Source: Euryarchaeota archaeon UBA91
GTDB lineage: Archaea > Thermoplasmatota > Poseidoniia > Poseidoniales > Poseidoniaceae
Assembly: GCA_002499705.1 (NCBI GenBank)
Contig: DAMU01000056.1
Coordinates: 1 to 51,939 of the forward strand
DNA length: 51,939 nt
Direction: 5' to 3'
Both the position numbers and the translations under genes were made by a program. A model generated the notes under the pieces. That model saw only the letters and a list, made by a program, of their open reading frames with translations. It did no database searches and was not told the DNA's origin. Shown here piece after piece: positions 35,446-49,010 of the stretch (within the stretch, counting starts at the first letter, position 1; each line of letters opens with the position of its first letter).

Positions 35446-36576
35446 ATGTCACCGCATATTCGAGTCGGTTCAATTACGCTAACCCTGCTCCTACCTCTGC
35501 TTTTACTTGCTTTCGCTACACCTGTTTCAATGCAAGTTGAGGCTGCGGATTCTTGCGCTGGAGATACCTCTCCGATTCGATGGAATGAAACTGCTCAACG
35601 CCTTTCATTAGTTCCGTTTCACAATGGAAATTGGTGGGGAGGATTTGAAGACTATGACGATGTTGAATATTATGAAGACGACAATCGTCAGGAAGACACG
35701 TCCGGTACTCAACCAGTGCAAGATACTTCATTGAGTCCTGAAGAACCTTGGATGTATGAAACATGGATGCTTCCTCAACTTGAACCTCTTGAAGAAAATC
35801 ATTACACGACGATGTTGATTGGAAACGATAGCGTTGGGGCATTACGGGTCAACCTTTCAGCCGATTATAGGACGACGGTTTGCATCACTTTGCAAGACAC
35901 CAACCTCAATCCAATCAACGGAGATATCTATCTTCTTACAACTGAAGAGTACAACAGTTATACTCAATCGTATCATTCTTCACACAGCGATTACTATGGT
36001 TATAATGAGTTTGAAGAATCTCTTTCAAATATCCCTCCAGAATGGAGAAGTTTCAACTTCTTAGGATGGAAATCCTATCGAGATTCTCACGAATATGAGC
36101 AAACCTCGGAAGTAAATTTTGCTCTGAATTTAGATGGTCCGGAGATTTATTCATCGTTCTTTGTAGGGACCACTTGGGAAGACTTCTACATCGTAATTGA
36201 CGCTTGGGATAACGTTCACGATAACGATGCAGATTCGCCAAATACCATCATTGCTGCCGACATCACCATCATCACAACCGAACGAAGTTTCATTCTCCCA
36301 CCATTCACAGTTTCACTCGTATTCTTGGCCGTTTTGCTTGGCACGCTTTCCATTCCTTTCATCCTCAATGCAAAATACATGAAGGCTGGTTTAGTTGCGG
36401 AGGTACCTCAAAACATCGTCCCTTCACTGGAGACGCCTGCGGAATATACGCAAACATTGCCGGTGCAAGAGGTGGCCAAAGAGGTCGTTGAACTTCCACC
36501 TCCAGACGATTCTGAATCAATAAAAAACCAACAGGTTTGGGAAAGTTCAGCACCGCCTGAAAGCGAGATGCCGTAA
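35446..36576 (+). CDS. Secreted, C-terminally anchored protein of unknown function
   Basis: Signal peptide ITLTLLLPLLLLAFATPVSMQVEA. Acidic, aromatic-rich ectodomain. TM helix FTVSLVFLAVLLGTLSIPFIL near the C-terminus. GAGGAG lies upstream of the ATG. Confidence 0.5.
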   Translation: MSPHIRVGSITLTLLLPLLLLAFATPVSMQVEAADSCAGDTSPIRWNETAQRLSLVPFHNGNWWGGFEDYDDVEYYEDDNRQEDTSGTQPVQDTSLSPEEPWMYETWMLPQLEPLEENHYTTMLIGNDSVGALRVNLSADYRTTVCITLQDTNLNPINGDIYLLTTEEYNSYTQSYHSSHSDYYGYNEFEESLSNIPPEWRSFNFLGWKSYRDSHEYEQTSEVNFALNLDGPEIYSSFFVGTTWEDFYIVIDAWDNVHDNDADSPNTIIAADITIITTERSFILPPFTVSLVFLAVLLGTLSIPFILNAKYMKAGLVAEVPQNIVPSLETPAEYTQTLPVQEVAKEVVELPPPDDSESIKNQQVWESSAPPESEMP

Positions 36577-36606
36577 AAACCACGTTTAGAAGGGCTGTAA
36601 TCGAGT

Positions 36607-37455
36607 TTAATACTCCAAGAGTCTCCAAGCATCTTGGAGGTCCCGAACGTTGACAAGGCCCTTGTCTGAGAGGCGAAATTCATCACGCATTGTTGCATAG
36701 ACCATTTCTTGCCCAAGAGTAGGGGCGTGGAGTCGTGCCCAGTCGCCACCATTTCCAAGTGCCATAAGGCTGTAAGGAGGAGTAGCATCTTGCTCGTTCA
36801 ATGCGTTTGCAGCGTGAACGATTTGAAGCGCATCTTGATGATCTTTGACGGTGCCGCAGAATTTAACGAGGTCTCCACTGTCTGCATTTGACGTGATCAT
36901 TGTAACAATATCTTCTGAACTTGGTGTCCCACTTGTATCGTGCTGTGAAGCGATAATTTGGCACTTTGCTGCTTTGGCAGATTCAACCAAAGATTTCCTG
37001 TCTTTCGCCTTTATTGACATTTCAAGGTCAATCCATTTGACTTCGGATTCAATAGCTGCTTGTAGGATTCCAATGCGTTGTTTTTCATCACCCGAGAAAT
37101 ACCCTCCGTCTCGAACTGAGCGAACTGAGAAGACTACAGGGAGCCCAATCGCTTCCTTGAGGTCTGCAATAGATTTGGCGACATCCAATTCTTCAAAATC
37201 CTTCACAGGCCACTCTTCTACAGGGGGCATTGTGGAAACTCTGTTGCCTTCTTCGTCCTCGGTAATGGTCGCCTGAGGCTTTTTCAAATACAACCGGTCA
37301 AATCGAACTTCGACCATATCTGCGCCTTGAATTCCAGCACGGGCTGCTTCGTCAACCATTGCTTTCACGGTGGTTTCTTCAAGAGATACGCATATCTTGG
37401 GGTTGGGCATGCTTTCGGCGACTTTGGCCGGCTTCTTAACGCTCTCGCCTGCCAT
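36607..37455 (-). CDS. aroD: Type I 3-dehydroquinate dehydratase
   Basis: ICVSLEETTVKAMVDEA...GADMVEVRFDRL, VVFSVRSVRDGG, WIDLE, IIASQHDTSGTP and DLVKFCGTV (Schiff-base Lys region) follow the AroD type I pattern. Confidence 0.8.
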   Translation of the reverse strand: MAGESVKKPAKVAESMPNPKICVSLEETTVKAMVDEAARAGIQGADMVEVRFDRLYLKKPQATITEDEEGNRVSTMPPVEEWPVKDFEELDVAKSIADLKEAIGLPVVFSVRSVRDGGYFSGDEKQRIGILQAAIESEVKWIDLEMSIKAKDRKSLVESAKAAKCQIIASQHDTSGTPSSEDIVTMITSNADSGDLVKFCGTVKDHQDALQIVHAANALNEQDATPPYSLMALGNGGDWARLHAPTLGQEMVYATMRDEFRLSDKGLVNVRDLQDAWRLLEY

Positions 37456-37721
37456 GGGTTGGAGGCTTCGAGTAAATTCACCGTTTTTTCCTTCTCTTCT
37501 CTCTTCGATTTCCTCTCTTTTTTTGGCCTGTAGAATACGTCATTTGCGCTGCCGATTTTGGGTTGAAAAACAGGCCGCAGGACACCCGTTTTGCAGTACC
37601 TTTATACCCCCTCGTCACAGGGTATAGTTGTAGAGGGGGGCGAGGGTAGAGAAATAGCGGACTGCGGCCCAAAATTATCTCATTTTCAACCTTCAAAATC
37701 ATCGTATTTTCGATACGCTAA

Positions 37722-42420
<4,699 letters not shown>

Positions 42421-42506
42421 ACCTTTTCTTGAATCGACGCCTTCAAACATGAATCCTTGCTGAGAGTGTTTGCACCGGCCCCCGTCGGCTGAAGCGGTGA
42501 TGTTGT

Positions 42507-43763
42507 ATGGATGAGCGTTCATTGATTTATGACTGGAATGCGATTGATTATGAAATCAACAGAAATCCTGCCAATCACCCTCATGAAGTGTGGTTTGATG
42601 ATGAAACTCTTCGTGATGGATTGCAAAGTCCAAGTGCTCGAAACCCAACCATTGAACAAAAGATCGAATTGTTGACATTCATGGAAAACCTTGGAATCCA
42701 AAAAGTTGATCTCGGCCTTCCGGGTGCTGGACCTTTCCATGTAGAACATATCGATGCTATGCTTTCGCACATCACTGAAAACGATTTCAAAATCCGTCCA
42801 GGTGCTGCGGTTCGCACGCTCATGCATGACATTGAGCCGCTGGTCCAATTGCAACAAAAGCACGGTATTCCCGTTCAAGCAAGTGCCTTTTTGGGAACCA
42901 GTCCGATTCGACAATATACAGAAGGTTGGACCATTGAGAAACTCATTTCAACGATGGAAAAGGCAGTCTCCTATGCTGTTGAAAACGATGTCCCGGTTAT
43001 GTTTGTCACCGAAGACACGACCCGTTCAAAACCAGAAGATATCAAAATCATCTACCAGCGTGCTATGGAATTAGGGGCTCGCAGTCTTTGCGTTTGCGAT
43101 ACATGCGGCCACGTCACACCCAATGGGGTCAAGAAATTGCTACAATTTATCGATGAAGAAGTCATCAAAGACAGTGGATTCAAGCGTTCAGAAATCGAAG
43201 TGAATTGGCACGGTCACCAAGACCGTGGATTAGGTGTGGCGAACAATATTGCTGCTGTTGAAGCAGGTGCAGATGTTATCCATGGCACCGCATTAGGCGT
43301 AGGTGAACGCGCAGGTAATGCCCCAATCGACCTTACACTGGTAAATTTGAAACTTCTCGGAGTAATTGACAACGACCTCACTCAATTGAATGATTACGTC
43401 AAGAAGGCCAACGAATACATCGAAGTACCTCTTCCTCGAAATTATCCAGTCTTTGGAACGGATGCCTTTGAAACCGGTACTGGCGTGCATGCATCTGCGG
43501 TGATTAAAGCAATGCGCAAGGGTGATGATTGGTTGGCAGACCGGGTATATTCTGGAGTCCCTGCTGGTGATTTTGGTCTCAAGCAAGTGATTCGCATCGG
43601 TCACATGGCTGGCCGTTCAAACATCCTATGGTGGCTTGAGCAGAACGGATATGAGGCCTCAGATGACCTTGTGGCTCATATTTTCGAAGTTGCGAAGAGT
43701 CAGCGAAGAAATATGGACGATGCTGAAGTGAAGAAAGAAGTCGATGCTTTCCTCAATGCTTAG
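42507..43763 (+). CDS. DRE-TIM (HMGL-like) metallolyase, isopropylmalate/citramalate/homocitrate synthase family
   Basis: DETLRDGLQSP near the N-terminus. Metal and substrate motifs WHGHQDRGLGVANNIAAVEAGADVIHGTALGVGERAGNAPID. The specific substrate cannot be assigned by eye. Confidence 0.6.
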   Translation: MDERSLIYDWNAIDYEINRNPANHPHEVWFDDETLRDGLQSPSARNPTIEQKIELLTFMENLGIQKVDLGLPGAGPFHVEHIDAMLSHITENDFKIRPGAAVRTLMHDIEPLVQLQQKHGIPVQASAFLGTSPIRQYTEGWTIEKLISTMEKAVSYAVENDVPVMFVTEDTTRSKPEDIKIIYQRAMELGARSLCVCDTCGHVTPNGVKKLLQFIDEEVIKDSGFKRSEIEVNWHGHQDRGLGVANNIAAVEAGADVIHGTALGVGERAGNAPIDLTLVNLKLLGVIDNDLTQLNDYVKKANEYIEVPLPRNYPVFGTDAFETGTGVHASAVIKAMRKGDDWLADRVYSGVPAGDFGLKQVIRIGHMAGRSNILWWLEQNGYEASDDLVAHIFEVAKSQRRNMDDAEVKKEVDAFLNA

Positions 43764-43765
43764 GC

Positions 43766-45091
43766 TCAAGATTCCTCTTCATTGTCATTGAATGTGTCAC
43801 CCGGGGCGATATTTCTCTCCTTTGTAACCGTCCATTCCGAATCCACACTTCCGCCACTCCAGTTGCCATCAACCGCAACCTCATCAACATCTTTCTCTTC
43901 TCTCCACACCGGTTCATTTTGAGAACCACAAACGAGGAATCGCCCGTTTTCATCAATTTGGTCATTCAACAATTTGATGTGCTTTGAAATCGGCAAAAAG
44001 TGTCCAACAGGCATGCCCGCTGCAGTAAATGGATTGGTTGCTGCACCGATAATTAGCCCGTCTTCAGGAGCAACGATGTCAACAGTTATTCCCGGCGTAG
44101 CAGGGTCAGAGATTGTTGCAATGACTTCTCCTTCTCGCATCACTGAGCCAGATGAGACAAACATGTCCAACAGCCCACCTTCTCCAGCGCGTAGCCAATG
44201 TGAGCCACTGGCAAGCATTCGGAACCGAGGGCGATGCGGATTGCCTTCTATCATGCGAAGTGAACGAAGAACATTCAAAACCCCGTGCATAGCCACCTTG
44301 ACCGCTTCATTATCGAGGAAGTTTGCGCCTCCTCCTTCGTAAGTGACGACCGGAATATCAACTTGAATCGCCGCTTTACGTAATGAGCCAGAAGGTGGTT
44401 TTGAGTCGAGAATAATTTCAATACCAAACGCTTTCGCTAAAATGTTTGAGCCAGGATGTGCGAGGTCTGCACGCAGTTGAGGCATGTTTGACCGACCTAC
44501 TCCTGCGCTGTGCAGATCGACAATGGCATCCACGTCGGAAAACAAGTATTTCCAAGTTTGAGCAGCGACGCGTTTTGTTGTTGAGCCTTTCATATCGCCA
44601 GGAAAGTGACGGTTCAAGTCCCGCCCGTCAGGGAAATAACGGGATTTAGAACGGTATCCGGGTAAATTGACGATTGGAACAATACGAATTGTTCCGGCTA
44701 AATGCTTTGGGTCCAGTGGTTTTCCATTATCTGTAAAGGTGTTTGACAGTAAATGGGTACATGTCGAAGGTCCTGTTAATTCATCACCGTGTACTCCACC
44801 TAGAATCGTAACAGTTGGACCGGGTCGAATTCCGTGAAGAATGGTGACAGGTATAGGCCACGATTCACCTAAGTCGGTCTCCAAAAGTGGAAGATGGACG
44901 GTCCTCATTGTTCCAGGCTTGATGATTTTTCGATAGAATCGAATATTCGACCATTCTGCACCTCTGTCCCATTCTGGTCTGTCTTCTAATTCATGCGATT
45001 TCATTGCCTCTTCAATGGCATTTCTTCGTCGTTTAGACAACTCGTGGGCAACGCGAATTTTTGCCTTCTTGCGGGGCTTCTTCGCTGCCAT
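43766..45091 (-). CDS. Succinylglutamate desuccinylase/aspartoacylase (AstE/AspA, M14-like) family deacylase
   Basis: TILGGVHGDELTGP, DLNRHFPG and DLHSAG motifs typical of the family. Basic N-terminal extension (MAAKKPRKKAKIR) and a C-terminal beta-rich extension. Confidence 0.7.
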   Translation of the reverse strand: MAAKKPRKKAKIRVAHELSKRRRNAIEEAMKSHELEDRPEWDRGAEWSNIRFYRKIIKPGTMRTVHLPLLETDLGESWPIPVTILHGIRPGPTVTILGGVHGDELTGPSTCTHLLSNTFTDNGKPLDPKHLAGTIRIVPIVNLPGYRSKSRYFPDGRDLNRHFPGDMKGSTTKRVAAQTWKYLFSDVDAIVDLHSAGVGRSNMPQLRADLAHPGSNILAKAFGIEIILDSKPPSGSLRKAAIQVDIPVVTYEGGGANFLDNEAVKVAMHGVLNVLRSLRMIEGNPHRPRFRMLASGSHWLRAGEGGLLDMFVSSGSVMREGEVIATISDPATPGITVDIVAPEDGLIIGAATNPFTAAGMPVGHFLPISKHIKLLNDQIDENGRFLVCGSQNEPVWREEKDVDEVAVDGNWSGGSVDSEWTVTKERNIAPGDTFNDNEEES

Positions 45092-45182
45092 GGTTATGGC
45101 AGGTAATCATCCTCAATAAGAATGCGTATCTGTTCGGTCAAACAAGCAAAGAAAACAAGTGCTAACAGATTGTCGCAAGTAC

Positions 45183-45650
45183 ATGGAAGATGTAGGCGTC
45201 CAGCTCCAATATGCTCCAAGTTCAATCTGTTTTGGTTGTGGGCCTGCAAACAAAGAAGGTCTTCAAATCAACAGTTTTCGTATTGAAAATGGACTTTCAA
45301 TGGAATTTCTTCCTGAACCACACCACCAAGCGTTTCCCGGAATGATTAACGGAGGAATCATAGGAACTCTTCTTGACTGTCATGGAAATTGGACTGCAGC
45401 AGTAGCTATCATGGATGCCCAAGGACTTGACGAGCCACCTTGTACAGTGACTGCATCCTACACGGTTAAACTCCGCAGACCTACTCCCAAAGACGTCGTT
45501 CTCAAAGTCACCAGTCAAATCAAAGAATTAGGTGAAGATCGAGCCGAAATTGAATTGTTGCTCGAAGCCAATGGCAAGGTCTGTGCAACTGGAAGTGGGT
45601 TGTTTGTTGCGGTTAAAGAAGGCCATCCAGCATACCATCGTTGGAGTTGA
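45183..45650 (+). CDS. Hotdog-fold (PaaI-like) thioesterase with an N-terminal CxxC motif
   Basis: CFGCGPANKEGLQI followed by GMINGGIIGTLLDCHGNWTA and a C-terminal beta-sheet segment typical of PaaI/4HBT thioesterases. The ATG at 45183 is preferred over the GTG at 45159. Confidence 0.7.
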   Translation: MEDVGVQLQYAPSSICFGCGPANKEGLQINSFRIENGLSMEFLPEPHHQAFPGMINGGIIGTLLDCHGNWTAAVAIMDAQGLDEPPCTVTASYTVKLRRPTPKDVVLKVTSQIKELGEDRAEIELLLEANGKVCATGSGLFVAVKEGHPAYHRWS

Positions 45651-45658
45651 AATGCTCC

Positions 45659-46216
45659 ATGGCAAAACCAAACAAAGAACAAATCATACTCCTCGAGGAG
45701 TTGAGGGACTTTGTTGTTGACGTCATGCTCGATATGCCCGAATGGGCTGATGCAGACGTACAAAGCCTACGTTCAGTCCCTCTTGGTGTCCTACGTAGAA
45801 ACGCAACTCAACGCCACGGAGTTACGCGTTGGAAACGAGGGGTTGACCTTCGAAACCTTCGTCCAGAAGATGTTGAAGTGATTGATTTGCATCCGAAGAT
45901 GCTCAATCCAGAATGGAAAGCATACTCTGCCTACGTGTTGCATCATGAATACATCCATGCACTTGGCTTACGGGCTCACAATTCACTCTTTCGTAAACTC
46001 GAGGCAGCATGGCCAGGTCATACAGCCAGCGTTTTTGGTATTCAATTCACAGAGCACCTTCGTCGGGCAAAAGCGATTTGGCTGTGGTGTTGTCCGGATT
46101 GTGACAAAGAATTCCCGCGACAAAAACGCTCTCGTGGAAAATACAAATGTCGGCAATGTAACACGACGCTTATCGACAAAAAAAATCCTGACCTTGCGAC
46201 AACAAGCCTGCAGTGA
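45659..46216 (+). CDS. SprT-like zinc metalloprotease with a C-terminal zinc ribbon
   Basis: HExxH in VLHHEYIHALG. C-terminal CCPDCDKEF...GKYKCRQCNTTL (CxxC...CxxC), arranged as in SprT-family proteins. The ATG lies 8 nt after the thioesterase stop. Confidence 0.5.
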   Translation: MAKPNKEQIILLEELRDFVVDVMLDMPEWADADVQSLRSVPLGVLRRNATQRHGVTRWKRGVDLRNLRPEDVEVIDLHPKMLNPEWKAYSAYVLHHEYIHALGLRAHNSLFRKLEAAWPGHTASVFGIQFTEHLRRAKAIWLWCCPDCDKEFPRQKRSRGKYKCRQCNTTLIDKKNPDLATTSLQ

Positions 46217-46246
46217 ATTGAAGGCCAATGGTGCAGACGGCGTCCT

Positions 46247-48301
46247 ATGGGGTGCGCTCGGAGTATCGAACAGCGACCGTTGGGCGCATTGATTGTCGTG
46301 CTTAGCGTTCTTCTGTTTTCTCTCTGCATTCCAGCAGTTCAGGCTAATTTAACAGAATCCAGTAGCGGTGAAGAGTTGTTCTTGTCGTGTATTCAAGATG
46401 ATGAATGCCTTCTTACACCAGTTGCCAGTGGCGAAGAGGTCATTTCGAATACTGTTTTTGCATCTCCTGCACAGCCTGATACCATCACCTTCGAGTTTGA
46501 CATGGACCCTCAACAATCGCATTTGGCTCTGCTTCCGAGTACCCTAAAATCAATGATTATCGATTTGCGATTCACTGGTGAATTATCAGGTGCTAACAAA
46601 CCCGAATTGGAAGTCTCCTTGATTCTTGCATCTTCTGTTACGACATGGAACTTTGAAGCGGAGACCCTTCCTTCTGCCTCAACTTCAAATCCTTACACTC
46701 TTGAAGATGAAGAACTCAATTTAAATGGTGAGCGATTGTTGTGGCCTGAACAAACAGTACGATTGCGATTAACTTTCGTTCTTGATAGACCAGGTACTTG
46801 GGAGTTGCATCTCCGAGGTGCGTCCTCGATGGTCTTGGAGATTCCCTGGTCGGAGGATGTCGAGTCTAGAAACAGTGACGAACCGTCCAGTGACCTTGAA
46901 CCCCGTTCAACTGATTTCGAAACAATTCATTACGGAGCTTTACTTGAAAACGACCGAGATTGCTGGTCATTTGCCGTAGAGCAGCACGAACTCCTCAACA
47001 TCTACTTCGAATGGGAAAACGTACCGGTTGAGATTCAGCAAAGCCGTGGCTTACCTGACCTTATTCAGCCATCGGGCCGTCTTTCTCCTGCTCCGACAGT
47101 TGTGATTAAAGAAAATGATGACACCACCCGAATCACATACCGTTGGCGTGCCCTTCCAGTTGGAGACTACATCTTCTGTATCGGTGGGACTGCTGGTAAA
47201 TTCCAACCGTATCTATGGTCCGGCCAATTCGCTTTTGAGAGTCTTGGGCCGAGTAACCCTGTAGAATTCGATGGTGAAGCACTCTATCCCGCCGGCTCTG
47301 CATTACTTGGAGATGAAACCGAAGCACTATCGCTTTCTGAGTCTGGTTTCGGACTTCTCTTCATCTCTTTCCTTGCGCTTATCTTTTTCATACTCGATAG
47401 TCTGAGAAACTCAACCTCGAGTCTGCTTCGAATTGGTGTTTTCACGCCTGGTGTGTTGCTGATCTTGGTGGGGGGGATATTCCATCCGATGTGGGCACTT
47501 GCCGATGAGGTGCAGAAGGAATCTGAAATACAGTTCGATGACTTAATTGACATGCGATTGCAACAATTGTGGGATATCTCGTATCCGGGCGTCCCTGAAC
47601 AAGTCCTTGTGACGCATTCAAGTTCGACTTGGGGAATGTTAGATGGTGACCGCTTACAACTTCGGCTTCAAGTCGATGAAGCAGTACCTCTTCCCGACGG
47701 GCGATGGCAATTAATCGTTCCAGAATTACAGAATTTCCGTATTGACCAAGCCATCTTTTCTCAAGTAGCAATGGGAGGCGTTCAAACCAGTGATCAAGGG
47801 ATGCTTGAGCAACAATCGGTCCAGTTCATTCTTCTTGCAGGGCGTTCTCTTTTCCTTGATTTGTTGATGCTTGAGGCAATGATGGTGGTAGATGAACCAC
47901 CAAAATCCTCTGTATTCCACGTCGATTTTGAGATGGTTCGTGTCCAAGCCACTGATTCAGTCAGCGTTCCTGCATGGGGGACCCGTCCAAATTCAATCAC
48001 TGCTAATGATTGGGTTTTACTTCAAGGGGCGCTTTTCCCTGAACAAGTTTCAGTGAGCCTGTGTGATTGTGATTTTGACCTTTTAGATGTCAGATTTATC
48101 CCTTCACCAGGATTTGATATCGGAGATATCCCTCCTCAAATTGACATTGAGAATGCGTCAGGGCTCATCAGTTATTCTTCACCTGTTGCACTGCTCGGTA
48201 TTGCACTGTGTGCCTTTGCAAGCCGTTCTGAATCTCTTCGTAGAAAGAAAGCAAAAGCACTTGCCACTACTCTTTTTGGACAAAAGTCAAAGTGGGAGTG
48301 A
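46247..48301 (+). CDS. Large membrane protein with two extracytoplasmic lobes, unknown function
   Basis: Signal peptide LGALIVVLSVLLFSLCIPAVQA. Central TM pair (FGLLFISFLALIFFIL and VFTPGVLLILVGGIF). C-terminal TM helix plus a basic tail. HYGALLENDRDCWSFAVEQHELLNIYF resembles a pre-peptidase C-terminal (PPC) domain. Confidence 0.5.
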   Translation: MGCARSIEQRPLGALIVVLSVLLFSLCIPAVQANLTESSSGEELFLSCIQDDECLLTPVASGEEVISNTVFASPAQPDTITFEFDMDPQQSHLALLPSTLKSMIIDLRFTGELSGANKPELEVSLILASSVTTWNFEAETLPSASTSNPYTLEDEELNLNGERLLWPEQTVRLRLTFVLDRPGTWELHLRGASSMVLEIPWSEDVESRNSDEPSSDLEPRSTDFETIHYGALLENDRDCWSFAVEQHELLNIYFEWENVPVEIQQSRGLPDLIQPSGRLSPAPTVVIKENDDTTRITYRWRALPVGDYIFCIGGTAGKFQPYLWSGQFAFESLGPSNPVEFDGEALYPAGSALLGDETEALSLSESGFGLLFISFLALIFFILDSLRNSTSSLLRIGVFTPGVLLILVGGIFHPMWALADEVQKESEIQFDDLIDMRLQQLWDISYPGVPEQVLVTHSSSTWGMLDGDRLQLRLQVDEAVPLPDGRWQLIVPELQNFRIDQAIFSQVAMGGVQTSDQGMLEQQSVQFILLAGRSLFLDLLMLEAMMVVDEPPKSSVFHVDFEMVRVQATDSVSVPAWGTRPNSITANDWVLLQGALFPEQVSVSLCDCDFDLLDVRFIPSPGFDIGDIPPQIDIENASGLISYSSPVALLGIALCAFASRSESLRRKKAKALATTLFGQKSKWE

Positions 48302-48304
48302 GTT

Positions 48305-48931
48305 TCACTTCTTGCCCTTCTTAGCCTTGCTCTTTGCATCTTGAATGACTTCTTCAGAATCGACTCCAGCCTTTTCTGCTGCCATCTTGATGCTCTTTTC
48401 TTCTTCTTCGGAAATCTCTCCGTCCTTAGAAGCCGATTTAACCGCAGCATCAACGTTCATCTTAGCCGCTTCTTCGTCTGTGATCCCAAGAGCGTCTTGG
48501 AATGATTTGAGTTCTGCCAATTCTTCTTCAGTGATGATTCCATCTTCCCAAGCAGCCTCATAGGATTCTAACAGGAAAGAGCGGTAAGCATCTGGGTTGA
48601 GTAAAACATCGCGAATCAAGCCATGATTAGGGCCATCGTCCATTTGTGACATTTCAAGGATAGCGATGGAGCGACGCATTTCTTTTACTGCCATGTCCTT
48701 GAGACCGTGTCCAGCCCAAACTGCGCCTGCAGCGATAACAGCTGCTGCAAACCAGCGCATGACATCAGGATTGACAAATTCCCAAGGTTGAACAAGATGG
48801 AAAATTCCGAGAACTGCCATTGCAGCCCCGCACATAACTTCGACCCAGTCATTCATATCGGGTTCGTCTTGAAAAACAGAAAGTCGCTCATCAACCATTG
48901 TTTCAACATCATCGGCCATGTGTAAGGTCAT
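48305..48931 (-). CDS. Two-TM membrane protein with a helical acidic C-terminal domain (TerB-like DG-I-x-x-EE repeats)
   Basis: TM helices VMCGAAMAVLGIFHLV and WFAAAVIAAGAVWAG. C-terminal repeats EDGIITEEELAELK and KDGEISEEEEKSIK. Lys-rich tail. Confidence 0.45.
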   Translation of the reverse strand: MTLHMADDVETMVDERLSVFQDEPDMNDWVEVMCGAAMAVLGIFHLVQPWEFVNPDVMRWFAAAVIAAGAVWAGHGLKDMAVKEMRRSIAILEMSQMDDGPNHGLIRDVLLNPDAYRSFLLESYEAAWEDGIITEEELAELKSFQDALGITDEEAAKMNVDAAVKSASKDGEISEEEEKSIKMAAEKAGVDSEEVIQDAKSKAKKGKK

Positions 48932-49010
48932 GAGAAGGCAGGTCTTATGGATGTCGGATTGAACCTTTCCAAGCGTTGTCCTTTTGGACTGTTGGCGCGA
49001 CTGTCGTTAC

